DNA of 64,000 bases from Candidatus Multivorans sp. (GTDB taxonomy: Bacteria; Acidobacteriota; Thermoanaerobaculia; Multivoradales; Multivoraceae), in assembly GCA_965247095.1 (NCBI GenBank), contig OZ251997.1:1792001-1856000 (forward strand), written 5' to 3'. Each line of letters starts with the position of its first letter. Position 1 is the stretch's first letter. The position numbers were made by a program, and so were the translations under genes. Of the stretch, positions 41,055 through 51,820 are shown one piece after another. The notes below the pieces were generated by a model. That model had not been told where the DNA came from and ran no database searches. It worked only from the letters and a program-made list of their open reading frames with translations.

Positions 41055-42052
41055 TGGCGGCAAGGTCCCTGGCCCGGCAGGTCGGCGTCGCGCCGGCGTG
41101 CCGGGCGCTGGGCGTATCGCGATCGACCTTCTATCGTCGTGCGAGGCCCGCTCCCGGGCGACGGCAGCCCCGCCCCACGCCTGCCCGGGCACTGAGCCAG
41201 ATCGAGCGGAAACGGGTCGAGGCCACGCTTGCGTCGCCGCGTTTCGTCGATCGTTCGCCGGGAGAAGTGGTGGCCACCCTGCTCGACGAGGGCCGCTACC
41301 TGTGCTCGGAGCGCACGATGTACCGCATCCTCGAAGCGAACCACCCCGTGAGGGACCGCCGCAACCAGCGCGTCCATCCGTCGTACGCCAAGCCGGAGCT
41401 GGTCGCTGTCGCGCCCAACCAGGTCTGGTCGTGGGACATCACCAGGCTGCTCGGACCGCAGACCTGGACCTACTACTACCTCTACGTCCTGCTTGACCTC
41501 CTAAGCCGCTACGCGGTCGGCTGGATGGTCGCCGACCGCGAGAACTCCGCGCTCGCCCAAAGGCTCATCGAGGAGACCTGCCTCAAGCACGGCGTCAAGC
41601 CCCATGTCCTGACCCTGCATTCCGATCGAGGCGCCCCCATGACCAGCCAGGGTACCGCCCAACTGCTCGCCCGCCTCGGCGTGAACCGGTCCTTGGGCCG
41701 CCCGCGGGTCAGCGACGACAACCCCTACTCCGAAGCACAGTTCAAGACCCTCAAGTACCACCCCGACTTCCCCAGCCGCTTCCCCAACCAGGACGCCGCG
41801 ACCGACTACTGCAGGTCCTTCTTCCCCTGGTACAACACCGAACACCGCCATGCCGGCATCGCCATGCTGACCCCCGAGACCGTCCACTACGGCCGGGCGC
41901 AAGCCGTGATCGAGCAGCGCCAACGCACGCTGAGCGCCGCCTGGGAAAGCTCCCCCGAACGATTCGTCGGCGGCCAACCGATGCATACGCCACTGCCCCA
42001 GGCCGTCTGGATCAACAAGCCCGACAACGAGACTGCAGAGACGACTCAGTAA
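41054..42052 (+). CDS. IS3 OrfB (DDE integrase core)
   Basis: WSWDIT, LHSDRG, DNPYSEAQFKTLK. Confidence 0.93.
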   Translation: MAARSLARQVGVAPACRALGVSRSTFYRRARPAPGRRQPRPTPARALSQIERKRVEATLASPRFVDRSPGEVVATLLDEGRYLCSERTMYRILEANHPVRDRRNQRVHPSYAKPELVAVAPNQVWSWDITRLLGPQTWTYYYLYVLLDLLSRYAVGWMVADRENSALAQRLIEETCLKHGVKPHVLTLHSDRGAPMTSQGTAQLLARLGVNRSLGRPRVSDDNPYSEAQFKTLKYHPDFPSRFPNQDAATDYCRSFFPWYNTEHRHAGIAMLTPETVHYGRAQAVIEQRQRTLSAAWESSPERFVGGQPMHTPLPQAVWINKPDNETAETTQ

Positions 42053-42092
42053 ATCCAGAACCCCGCTGTGTCAATGTCGTTGACAGGTTCCG

Positions 42093-42914
42093 GTAGATCG
42101 CTACGTCAGACACCTCGATGAGCGGCACTTCCGCCTTCTCGCCCTCCACCTCCACCACCAACCGTTCTCCACTCTTCCTCAGCCGGGCCCGCGGTGTTTG
42201 CACATAGAGCGGTCGGGCCGGGTCGTCCGACGGATTGAGCGGCCTCGGCGGCCCACCGCTGTCGAACAGGTTCGTTTCGTCAGGGAGGCAGATTCCAGCA
42301 AGCGAACAACGTGGGCACTTGGGACTGTCCCGCAGCGGGGGCGGTCGACGTCCCGCCGCAGCAGCCGACCGCAATCCTGAGATGGCATCGTGGGTTGCCG
42401 CGCGAAGCTGGTCATCGAGGACCACGGGGACCCTCTCGCGGGAACCGACATACCAGAGGGCGCCCTGCTCCACCCGGTAGCCGTTGTCTTCAAGGATCAT
42501 CGCCTGCGCGCAGACCTGGACCCGTTCCGGCTCGTAAGCTCCAGCCGCGACATGGGGCCTCTTGCCCTTCTTGAAGTCGACTGGCATGGCAACGCCGTCT
42601 TCCATGTCCACGACATCCATCTTGGCGATGATCCCCAAGCGCTGCGAGGACATCGTGACTCCCCGCGCACGGCGAAAATCCTCGTCCGCGTCCTCGGGCG
42701 CCGGGAGGTTCCCACCTCCCGCATCCACCCGCTGGTGCGACCTCCGTCCTTCCGCCGTGTCCCCGCTGTCGGCCCATTCACCCTCCACCCACTCCAGATA
42801 GGCGAGCCGCGGGCAGTACACCCACTCGTTGACCATCCGCACCGGCACAAGTTCCTCGCCGCGACCGGCCGCGGGCGGCGGGAGATTCAGGAGGAGCTGC
42901 GACTCACGAGACAT
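42093..42914 (-). pseudogene. cas4/cas1: Cas4-Cas1 fusion, truncated early in the Cas1 domain by IS3
   Basis: YCPRLAYLEW, KMDVV, VDFKKG, KCPRCSL..ICLPDE, then PLYVQ...RLRKSGERL (Cas1 start). Confidence 0.92.
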
Positions 42915-43886
42915 TCACTGTTCGAACGGGACCTCCGCTCTCGTGAAACTCATGAACTTCCCCACCGAGATTCGCCTTGCGCGTCGAATCTCGACAACAC
43001 CCTGGGCGATGAGGGCGTTCGGGTCGTCAAGCCGCGGATGTCCCAGCAAGCCGCGGATTCCAGCCAGGCTCACGAACTCGCTCCAAATCGGCCATCTGAA
43101 GGCGAAGCTGCCGTCTGCCTCGCGGTCGCCCCCAAGGACCACCAGCTTCACCTGACCGAATCGCCGCCTGGGCACGACCGTTAGGGCGGAAAAGCCGATG
43201 GCCGCGAGCCTGTTGGCCCCGTGCTGCGTGGTCTCCCTGTCGTCGCTTGGAGCCCGTGCACGCAGCGCATAGCGCACGTCCTCGTGCGGATCCCAGCGGA
43301 ACGATGATGTCGCATCGAGGCGGCGCCATTGCGTGAACAACGCTTCACGCAGGCACTCCGTCTCCGAGATTGCGACCTTCATGAACCCGACCCTTCGAAC
43401 CGGCGGGATCCTGTTTCGCGGAACCGACGCGAGACGCTCCAAGAAGTACTGATGCCCTTGACCGAACATGAGGCAAAGCGGCGTCGGTTCGACCTTCTTG
43501 CCGTCGCGTGTGATCGCGGCATCGCTCACGAGAGCCGCCCAGAGATCGGCCGCGTTTCGGTCGCGGCACGCGGCGCCGGCAGCCCTACGCAAGTTTCGGA
43601 CAGCGTCCTCGGGAGAGAGCGTCAGGTTCTTGATCCCGTCGAAGTCGTGTCGTCGCGCTAGCTCTTCGAGTCCTTCCGCGACGGCCTCCAACACTCCCGC
43701 CTCGCCCACGGTCTCCGGCACCCGCAATACCGGCCGGAGCGGCGGCTTGTCGACCGTCCAAGAGACCCGAGGGCACCACTCGGGTCGCGCCTCCTCGAGG
43801 ACCCGCAGTAGGCCCAGCAACGCAAGAAAGGCCAGCAGGTTGTCGGGCTCCAGGCCGTCGAGCCGATGGACCGCATAGCCCCTCAC
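42915..43886 (-). CDS. cas8g: Type I-G Cas8g (Csb3-type small Cas8)
   Basis: L.GL.PDNLLAFLALLGLLR, GQGHQYFL, FRWDP.ED..YALRA..P; operon position. Confidence 0.8.
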   Translation of the reverse strand: MRGYAVHRLDGLEPDNLLAFLALLGLLRVLEEARPEWCPRVSWTVDKPPLRPVLRVPETVGEAGVLEAVAEGLEELARRHDFDGIKNLTLSPEDAVRNLRRAAGAACRDRNAADLWAALVSDAAITRDGKKVEPTPLCLMFGQGHQYFLERLASVPRNRIPPVRRVGFMKVAISETECLREALFTQWRRLDATSSFRWDPHEDVRYALRARAPSDDRETTQHGANRLAAIGFSALTVVPRRRFGQVKLVVLGGDREADGSFAFRWPIWSEFVSLAGIRGLLGHPRLDDPNALIAQGVVEIRRARRISVGKFMSFTRAEVPFEQ

Positions 43887-45788
43887 GTCTCACTCTCCGC
43901 TTCTGACACCCGGTGGTCGGCAAGACGCAGGATTGCTTCCAGGTGAGCCAGCCCCCAAATGCCGTACCCTCGCTTCAGATCCTCGAAAAGGGACGGCCAA
44001 TCGCTACCACCCAGATCGAACGCCAGGGACTGCGGTCCCTGCTGGTCGGCCGGCAAGCGCCAATCGCCCACATCCAGGCAGGCCTGCGGCTGTTCCGGCT
44101 GCGGGTCGAGGAAATCGAAGAACGGACGGCCGCGGCCGTGGTGGCTTCCAATCAGCCAGAGTACAAGAGCCCTGTCACGTGCGCCTGCCACACGCGGGTG
44201 AGCACGCGCCATCTGCACCGACAGTGCCTCGTGTCGCCAACCCCTCGGCAGACCGGCGTTCGCCCATGCAGTCGGTGACCACGCCCGTCCACTCTTGGCC
44301 AAGGGCGGGCCGTCGGGGCGGTTCCAGGGGTCGCCGCCCGACAGCATGATTTGGAATCGTGGATCGGCTTTGCCTCCGTCGTGCAGAAGAGCGGCGAGGC
44401 CCAGATCGCTCGCCTCCTCGAGGTCCATGGCCCGAGCGAAGCTCTCAGCGGAGCAAGCGACCCGCCGGGCATGATCATCGATGTACACCGGCCCACTGGA
44501 GGTAAGGGACATCGTTTCGTCTTCGGTCGCGGGGGCGGCGACGGTCGATCTGACCCCGTCCTCAATCCCCCGCTCGGCGACGAGGATCGCACCGCGCCTT
44601 CGGCCTCTTCCATAGGCGCGGTGAACGACGACCCGTCCCCTGGCGCGCCGCAGCGCATCGAGAGGGCCCATCGCGTCGCGCAGAGACCGATTCTCGCTCG
44701 ATTCCTCGTCGGCCTCCGCGGTCCTCACCGAGGGAAGTGCTTCAAGAAGCCGGTTCACGAGAGTGGAACCGGCAAGGCTCTCGTCCTCGAGCACGGCTGA
44801 CAGCCGGTCCCACTGCGCCTCCGTTTGCGCCACATCGCGCGCGATCCGAACCGCCCATCGACGCCCCGCGTAGGGAGCCGCCGCCCGATCGGCCACATCA
44901 CCGACCGGATGAACGGAATCGGGCGCCCAGCCAAACCTGTCACAACCACCGTACTCGGATGGAACGACCACGAGATCGCCGGTCCGCAAGTCGTTCGAAC
45001 GGACGACGCCAGTGCGCGAGCCGTCGTGACCAGCCCAACGGAAGACGGGTCGCCCTCCGACTTGGTCAAAGGCCGCGCCTCCGCTCTTGGCCTCGCGCGC
45101 CGGTGCATCCGAAACATCCACGGGCGCTTCGCCCGCTCGACGCAACCACGACCGTGCCGCGTTGAGCGGGACTTCAACCGCCTCGGCGGCGCGCGGCGGG
45201 ACCAGACGAACTACTTCCCCTAGGTCGGTCCCGAATCCATCCGCGAGATCGGCCTCGGAAAGGTCGCCACGCCAGACTATGGAGACGCCGGCTGCCGTCC
45301 GTTCGGCCCCATGCAGAAAGAGCGAGACCTCCGGGTCCGCCGCTGGAACCGGCGATGTCTGCGACCAGAGATCTAGATAGGCGGGCATGACGACAGGTGC
45401 ATCCTGCCGCTCTGCAGCGAGGCCGTCCGGGTCGATTTCAGCCTCACGAAGGCGGTTCGGCAGAACTTCGACACCGAAGTCCATGGTCCCGCCCTTGGCG
45501 ATTCCTTTGAGCGCCTCCCAAGTCAGGCGAATCCGGTCACCGTAGACTGGATCGTCGGCTTTCTTGGCGACATCCTCCTTTCGAGCCAGTACCACGCCTT
45601 CCGCGGCAACCAGCCTCCCGGCCCGGTTCAGCCGACCGAAACGTTGGCGCAGAGCGTCGAGTGAAGCAGCCTGCGTGACCAAGCCGTCGAGGTCGAGATC
45701 GACGCCCACTTCGAGACACTGGGTCGCGACGACGAAAAGCGGATTCGCCTCTGCACGTTCATCTCCACCGGTTCGGAAAGGCGCCAAC

Positions 45789-46871
45789 CTAGCGTACTGT
45801 CTCCAACATGGCTTTACCACGTGTAACCTTTGCGATGATGCTGTCGGCGGTGGCCGTCCAGACGAACGGCCGGGAGTTTTCGTTGCTGTGCTCCACGTAG
45901 TCGTAGATGGTCTTTACGAGGTCGTTGACGCTCTGGAATGCACCGCGCCGGATCGCCTTCGTGGTCAGACCGCCCAGCCAGCGTTCGACCAGGTTGAGCC
46001 AGGGCGACGAAGTGGGAATGAAATGGAAGTGGAAGCGAGGCTTTCGCTCCAGCCATGCGCGCACGGCGGCGTGTTTGTGGGTCTGGTAGTTGTCCAGGAT
46101 CAGGTGCAGGTCGAGATGCTTCGGGATCTCACGGTCGAGACGCTTGAGGAAACGGAGAAACTCCTGGTGGCGCTGCCGGCCCATGCACTCCGCGATCACC
46201 GTGCCCTCCAACACGTTCAGCGCAGCGAACAACGTCGTCGTCCCGTTGCGCTTGTAGTCGTGGGTCATCGTTCCCGCGCGGCCGCGCTTGAGCGGCAAGC
46301 CCGGCTGGGTCCGGTCCAGAGCCTGGATCTGGCTCTTCTCGTCCACGCACAGCACAAGCGCGTTCTCGGGCGGATTCCGGTACAGGCCCACAACGTCCCG
46401 CAGCTTTTCCACGAACCTGGGGTCGTTGCTCAGCTTGAACGTCTTGACCAGATGGGGCTTCAGCCCGTGCGCCACCCAGATGCGCTGGACCGCCGCCGGA
46501 CTGATGCCCTGGGCCCGAGCCATCGAACGCACGCTCCAGTGGGTCTGACCGGGCGGCTTCTCGTGCAGCGTCGCTTCGATCACTTTACGCACGACCGACT
46601 CCGAGAGCGGCGGCTTTCCGCAACCGCGGGGACGATCCCTGGTCAGCCCCGAAGGTCCGTCCTCCGCGAACCGACGACGCCACAGCAGCACCGTGGGCCG
46701 CGAAACGCCGAGTTTCGCCGCAATCGCCCGATTGGCCGTGCCCTCCGCCGCAGCGAGCACGATCCGGCTACGCCGGACCGTGCGTTGCGTCGTCGTCGGC
46801 GCCTCTACCCATTTCTTGAGAAGCGCTCGATCCCTCTCTTCGATGTGAAGTCGTTCCGCTGGTTCCCACAT
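45789..46871 (-). CDS. IS630 transposase
   Basis: LCVDEKSQIQA, LILDNY, WLNLVERW. Confidence 0.95.
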   Translation of the reverse strand: MWEPAERLHIEERDRALLKKWVEAPTTTQRTVRRSRIVLAAAEGTANRAIAAKLGVSRPTVLLWRRRFAEDGPSGLTRDRPRGCGKPPLSESVVRKVIEATLHEKPPGQTHWSVRSMARAQGISPAAVQRIWVAHGLKPHLVKTFKLSNDPRFVEKLRDVVGLYRNPPENALVLCVDEKSQIQALDRTQPGLPLKRGRAGTMTHDYKRNGTTTLFAALNVLEGTVIAECMGRQRHQEFLRFLKRLDREIPKHLDLHLILDNYQTHKHAAVRAWLERKPRFHFHFIPTSSPWLNLVERWLGGLTTKAIRRGAFQSVNDLVKTIYDYVEHSNENSRPFVWTATADSIIAKVTRGKAMLETVR

Positions 46872-46930
46872 GAACGGAATACTGACGAACTTGCCCGAGC
46901 CTGTCAACCCAAGTCGGAGACATTACACTA
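45790..46930 (-). mobile_element. IS630-family insertion sequence with TA target duplication
   Basis: TA at 45790-91 and 46929-30; IR GCGTACTGTCTCCAAC vs GTGTAATGTCTCCGAC (13/16). Confidence 0.95.
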
Positions 46931-47939
46931 GCAACCACGTCATCCCGATCCACGCCGCGCGACCGCCCGATCATCAGGAGGGAATCGGCCATGCCGTCGC
47001 ATTGCAGCGACTCGTAGACACTCCGCGCTAGAGCGACACGGTTGACGACGACGCCCACGGCCGGCGGCGAAACTCCGCTCCTCTGAAGCCGAGCCATCAT
47101 CTCGCGAACCTCTTTCGCGAACACCCCGCCGACGGCTTCGACCAAGCCGGGGACCGGCGGCCTCAACGCGGTGGGCTTCCGCGCTTCAAGCCGCTTCTTC
47201 AATTCGGAATGCTCTCGATCCTCCTGGGAAAGCCCGAAGGGCCGTTCAGCCTTCGCTCCCGGAGTGGCAGACATAAGCGCCACGCCCATCTTGGCCTTGC
47301 CGATCTTTCTCACCGCCTCAAGCGTCTGCCGGAACGGCTCCGAGAGATGTGCCTCGTCCAGAAGAATCAGGCTGTGGGTCCCAAGCAAGCCCGCGTGAAC
47401 GGGCTTCATACGGTCCGAAACACCGTAGCCGCGAAACAGCAAGCGCGAACCAACCTGATCGACGGTGGAACAGAGGATCGTCGGTTGCGTGGGGGTGCGC
47501 GCCCAGTCATGCTCAAGCGGTGCGCCCCCGCGCAGCCGCTGCGCGACCAGCGGAGGATTGCCTCTACCGGCCAATACCTGCAGGCGGCGTGCGACCTCGC
47601 CGATGACGCCGCTTCCGTCGGGATCTCGTCCCGAGGCGCCGAGAAGCGCCGCCGCGATCTTCTCCGCGCGGGCAAACGCATCGTCCACGACGAGGCGGCG
47701 ATCGACGACAAGCGCGATCCGCAAGGCTGCCCTAGCCGCCACTTTGAAGCGCAGCGCCAAGTGGAACACCGCCGCGTCCAGGGCCGCCGTCTTTCCCGAA
47801 CCGGTCGGAAGATCCAGTACGTCCGGCCACTCGTCGGAATCAGCGAGGCGGTCAACCAACGCCTGCTGCCAAGGGAACGGCTGGTGGCAATGAACGGCCC
47901 CCAGGAACTCAGCGAAGTGGGCGGAAGAAAGCTCCACGG

Positions 47940-49382
47940 TCAGCGCCCCACGCCGCGACAGAGCCCAAGGCCGGTGAACCGTCCCGCACCGAGCAGGACG
48001 GGGCCTCTCATTTGTTGCTCGAAGTCGATGACTACATGGACCAGTTGTCGGCTCTTCAGCGAGTCCGGCACCTTCCAACGAGTCCAGGGCGGCTCGCTGG
48101 TCAAGCGGCGCGCCGGCGGCGCACCCCCCACCATCGAGTGCTTGCCGACCTGAAGCCGCTCAAGGTCCGGGCAGGGCAGCCCCGCATTCTCGCAGGCGTG
48201 CGCCACCAACTCCCGAACTTCGGCTTCATCCCCACGCTTCAGATGCCTTTCCATCACCATGGGCGTCACGCTGGCCCACACACGCGACTCCTTCACGTAG
48301 GGACCAGGAGAAAGCGACCGTTTGCGTGCTCCGTCAACCGCTGCAGGCGCGAGACCGAGCGGCCCGAACAGTGGCGACCCGTGCAACGTCAACACTCGCC
48401 GCTGCTCGGCGGCCCGATAGGGCGCCACCGCCTCGAAGGCGGCTCTGAATCCCTCGATGCGGGCAAGCGACTCCCCGCCCGGCCGAATCAAACCGAAACC
48501 GAAGACGCGCCCGTCAGCATGGGTGGAGCCCACGAAGGGCATGGGCACGATCGCCAGATGGGGATTCCGGGTGGGTTTGCCGTCCGAATCATGGCCTGAC
48601 ACAACTTCTGGTATCGCGTCTTTCCGACCCACTCTCCGGTAACCGCACATCAACGCTTGGCGCAACAGGCGACAAACGAGAGCTGCTGCTCGAACATCTG
48701 GAACCTCGCCCTCAACAGCTTCAAGGATGAGCCACTCGGCCGACGCCTTGGAGCCGGACTGCCGCTCGGGAAGGACAGGCGCACCGGGCCGGATCACAGG
48801 ACGCTCCGGTCTGGCGATATGCGCCTCCTCCAACTCCCGCAGGCGCCCGGGATAGACGCGGCGTTCGGCGCGGATTGGGTTTCGGCCCCGCCTCTTCCGG
48901 TCGGCTGTCAGAAAACGGCACCGCGCCAGACTCGCCGAATGACCGATGTATCCGACGCAGCTCGCGAGCGAGTTCAACGCGTCCAGCACCAGCGGCTCCG
49001 GTGGAGCCTGCCAGATCAGTTCGACGAGCGGGTCGTCGGGGCGAGCCACCGGAAAGCGCCGCGGCTGCCGTTGACGTCGCTCCGGCAGCACCCTCAGGTA
49101 CCGCGTCGCCGCCTTCGATTGCTTGGCATCGTTCGGTGGGACGAACACCTCAGGTGTTGTCCTCGCGTTGTAGCGGCTGGCCCGAATACTCGGTGGTGGC
49201 TGCCGCTCCAGCCACTCAAGAGCGGCCCGCTCCTCGGGCCGCTCGCCTCGCGCGGCCCAAGCTGAGACAAGTGCCGAGAACACCCGGTCAGGTTGGGGTG
49301 GCCAGTCCGGCCTGTCGTCGCCCGGTTCGCGCGCGGCGCGGCAAACACCGGTCAGGAGCTCAATCTCTAGAACGAAGCTCAC
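47940..49382 (-). CDS. csb2: Type I-G Csb2 (Cas5/Cas6 fusion)
   Basis: WPPQPDRVFSALV and C-terminal G-loop GPVLLGAGRFTGLGLC. Confidence 0.92.
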   Translation of the reverse strand: MSFVLEIELLTGVCRAAREPGDDRPDWPPQPDRVFSALVSAWAARGERPEERAALEWLERQPPPSIRASRYNARTTPEVFVPPNDAKQSKAATRYLRVLPERRQRQPRRFPVARPDDPLVELIWQAPPEPLVLDALNSLASCVGYIGHSASLARCRFLTADRKRRGRNPIRAERRVYPGRLRELEEAHIARPERPVIRPGAPVLPERQSGSKASAEWLILEAVEGEVPDVRAAALVCRLLRQALMCGYRRVGRKDAIPEVVSGHDSDGKPTRNPHLAIVPMPFVGSTHADGRVFGFGLIRPGGESLARIEGFRAAFEAVAPYRAAEQRRVLTLHGSPLFGPLGLAPAAVDGARKRSLSPGPYVKESRVWASVTPMVMERHLKRGDEAEVRELVAHACENAGLPCPDLERLQVGKHSMVGGAPPARRLTSEPPWTRWKVPDSLKSRQLVHVVIDFEQQMRGPVLLGAGRFTGLGLCRGVGR

Positions 49383-50629
49383 TTGTCGTTCTCGTCCTCG
49401 CCACCTTCGCCTTCCAAAGCCAGTTCTCGGCTGCGCCGGACGATCTCGACAAGCTTCTCTTGCGGCTCGAGCGTGAGCGAGCGGAACTTGAAACCCGCCA
49501 TCTCCGCCTCCCCATAGGCCTCCCGATACAGTGCCCGGGCCGAAGCACGGTTAAGCTCGAGCGCCGTTGTCGAGCCGTCAGCATGTACGAGTTCAAGCGG
49601 GGCGTCGCCGTCGCAGACGAGGTCACAGCGCGAACGCAGCGAGTAGCCGCGCGCGTCCTGCTCGGCCAGCGCCAACAGCCCGAGGGAAGCAATCAGAGAG
49701 CGCCCGGCCACGTCCCGCTCACTCCCTCCGAAGCGCAGCCGCCTAAGCCCTGCCAGCGTAATCGTCGCGCGGTGTTCGGCATGGTCGCAAGTGACGCCGA
49801 GAGGCACCACGGTAGGAGCGATGTTGCTGTGGTTTATCTCGGAGGGCCGGACCTTCTTGGCCTTCTTCCCCGCAGCAGTCTGGTTCGTACTCCAATCCGA
49901 AACCGAGGCCCCCTTGAAGACCTCCACCTTTCGGAGGATGCCCAGCGGGTCGATCCGGCTCCCCGTACGACGACCGGCGGTTCGCGCGTGCACTTCGCCC
50001 GTGCGCCGGTCAACCACGACCTCGTCGACCGGCGTGTCGACAGCCATGATCTCGGAGACGAGCGCTCGCGGGAACTTCGCGCCAAGCCCTCCGCCTTCTC
50101 CCTGGCTGTGCCAGGCACCAAACAAGAGCGCTGTGGGCGAGAGTTCCAGCAATGCCGTCGCGGCAGCGGGTTTCGCTGCCGCAAGACGCCGGCCCTCGGA
50201 ACTCTGCATGAATGGCTCGCCTTCAAAGAGACTGTCCCTCAGAATGGCGTCGTAGACCCGGTGTGGGGCTTCCAGCGACGTGATCCGTTCCAACGGCTCC
50301 AAGCCTGCACCACGGAAGTCCACCGAGACATACGGAAGCCGCACCATCCCGTCTCCACCCTCTTCCTCGACCACCGCCAACAAGGCTTCTTCAAGCCGGT
50401 TGGCCTGACTTTGGACGCTGTCGACTAGGACGCACCAGACTTCTCCACTATCTACGCGCCGCCGTTCGAAGACGTGGCGCGGCGGGTCGGTTCTGCGCTC
50501 GCCCGGATAGGTCGGGGGGAAGATCTTGTCGCCCCTACCGCCGACCGGCTGCAGTTTCCGAATTCGACGAAACGCGGCGTCCTCACGAACCGCGTCGGCC
50601 AAGGCTTGCACACTCAAATCGATAGTCAT
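49379..50629 (-). CDS. csb1: Type I-G Csb1 (Cas7 backbone)
   Basis: LQPVGG.GDKIFPPTY, DSVQSQANRLE, APHRVYDA, LRSRCDL. Confidence 0.93.
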   Translation of the reverse strand: MTIDLSVQALADAVREDAAFRRIRKLQPVGGRGDKIFPPTYPGERRTDPPRHVFERRRVDSGEVWCVLVDSVQSQANRLEEALLAVVEEEGGDGMVRLPYVSVDFRGAGLEPLERITSLEAPHRVYDAILRDSLFEGEPFMQSSEGRRLAAAKPAAATALLELSPTALLFGAWHSQGEGGGLGAKFPRALVSEIMAVDTPVDEVVVDRRTGEVHARTAGRRTGSRIDPLGILRKVEVFKGASVSDWSTNQTAAGKKAKKVRPSEINHSNIAPTVVPLGVTCDHAEHRATITLAGLRRLRFGGSERDVAGRSLIASLGLLALAEQDARGYSLRSRCDLVCDGDAPLELVHADGSTTALELNRASARALYREAYGEAEMAGFKFRSLTLEPQEKLVEIVRRSRELALEGEGGEDENDK

Positions 50630-50683
50630 CGTTCGTTTCTCCACCGAGTTACGGAATCGGAATCAGGAACTGTAACCGCCCGA

Positions 50684-50702
50684 GGTCTCAGAACCTGACA
50701 CC
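50684..50702. promoter_or_regulatory. Candidate operator palindrome upstream of the cas operon
   Basis: GGTCTCAG-AAC-CTGACACC (7/8 arms), over the -35 position of a minus-strand TACAGT (50669-50674). Confidence 0.5.
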
Positions 50703-50800
50703 GGCTATGCAGCAGGAACCCGGCACATCTCCCGCTTCCCATTTCGAGGGGGCGCATTTAGCGCGCACCGGCTGCTCGGGCCGGTCTGCCAGACCGACGG

Positions 50801-51778
50801 CTATTCCCCCGATCTGTCGTACCGCGTCACCGCCCTCTCCAGCCGTTCCCGCACCAGGTCCACCAACTCCGGCGGTTCCAGCACCTCGACATCCGGGCCG
50901 TAGCGGAGGATCTCGCCCAACAGTTCGTCGACCTCCGAGTACGGCACGGTCAACTCAAGGCGTCCGTCCGGCAAGCGTTGCGTCTCCTGCTGCCCGTGCC
51001 AGCGCTCGTCCGCGACCCATCGGGCCCGTTCCGGCTGGAAACGAAGCCGCGCCTGCCCTCGGACCGGGCCGCTGAACAGGCCGTAGCCGGCCCGGAAGAT
51101 CTCGTTCAGTTCCTCAGTCGACAACTCGCGGGCCGGACGGACGAGGACTTCGGCACAAGTGATCCGGTCGAGCGCAAACGTCCGGAGTGACTCCCGATCC
51201 TCGTCCCAGCAATCCAGGTACCACTGGTCGCGGTAGTACACGAGACGCTGGGGCGACGTGGTGCGCCGGGCCGTCTCGCCGGTCGAACGCGCCTCGTAGG
51301 TGAACGCGAGTTGGCGGCGTTCAACCACAGCGGTCGCCGCGGTCTCGAACACGCGCGCCTCCACGTCTCGCCCGTGCGCGCGCAGGATCCGAAACCGGTG
51401 CGCCGGAAAACGCGCGCCACCGCGGCTGCCTTGATCGAGAATCGCCTGGAAGCGACTTCGGAGCGGGGCGATGAGGTCCTTCAACAGACCAGGCTGAACC
51501 CGGCTCAGAAGCTCGTCCATGACGAGCAACGCCTCCAGCTCGTCCGGGCGGAACCACAAGCCCGGCAACTCGAACGGGCCCGCATCTCGGTCGTAGGACC
51601 AGCCTTGGCCGGGTGCGTTCACGATCGGCGCTCCAAGATGGTCGAGCAGCATGCCGATGGTCCGGAACAAGGTCGAGCGGGAGCATTCGAGCTCCGCCAG
51701 CAGCTCGTTGGCCGACGCGGGATGCCGCCGCGAATCCAGTACGCGGTGCAGCGCGACCATGCGCTCCATCCTGTTCAC
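50801..51778 (-). CDS. HTH-WYL-WCX transcriptional regulator
   Basis: N-terminal wHTH, QWYLDCWD, RTFALDRI, YGPDVEVLEP. Confidence 0.93.
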   Translation of the reverse strand: MNRMERMVALHRVLDSRRHPASANELLAELECSRSTLFRTIGMLLDHLGAPIVNAPGQGWSYDRDAGPFELPGLWFRPDELEALLVMDELLSRVQPGLLKDLIAPLRSRFQAILDQGSRGGARFPAHRFRILRAHGRDVEARVFETAATAVVERRQLAFTYEARSTGETARRTTSPQRLVYYRDQWYLDCWDEDRESLRTFALDRITCAEVLVRPARELSTEELNEIFRAGYGLFSGPVRGQARLRFQPERARWVADERWHGQQETQRLPDGRLELTVPYSEVDELLGEILRYGPDVEVLEPPELVDLVRERLERAVTRYDRSGE

Positions 51779-51820
51779 GATCCTATCTCCGCGCGCCTCG
51801 GCCGGCCCCGCAGCCCTCGG

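Larger units (their letters stand above)
40501..42085 (+). mobile_element. IS3-family insertion sequence (right end may extend to 42092)
   Basis: IR TGCCAACGTACGTGACACAGCGG vs TGTCAACGACATTGACACAGCGG (18/23); no target duplication seen. Confidence 0.88.
43883..47937 (-). pseudogene. cas3: Type I-G Cas3 (helicase with C-terminal HD nuclease), interrupted by IS630
   Basis: PFPWQ, LPTGSGKT, DEAH, SAT before the IS; ATQCLEVG.DLD, QRFGRLNR, HDGGK, RHE, HHG, LADH after it. Confidence 0.95.

Noticed and set aside
50669-50702. PafBC-type (RecA-NDp) promoter
   Set aside because: The spacing from TGTCAG to the -10 is 20 bp, not about 10.
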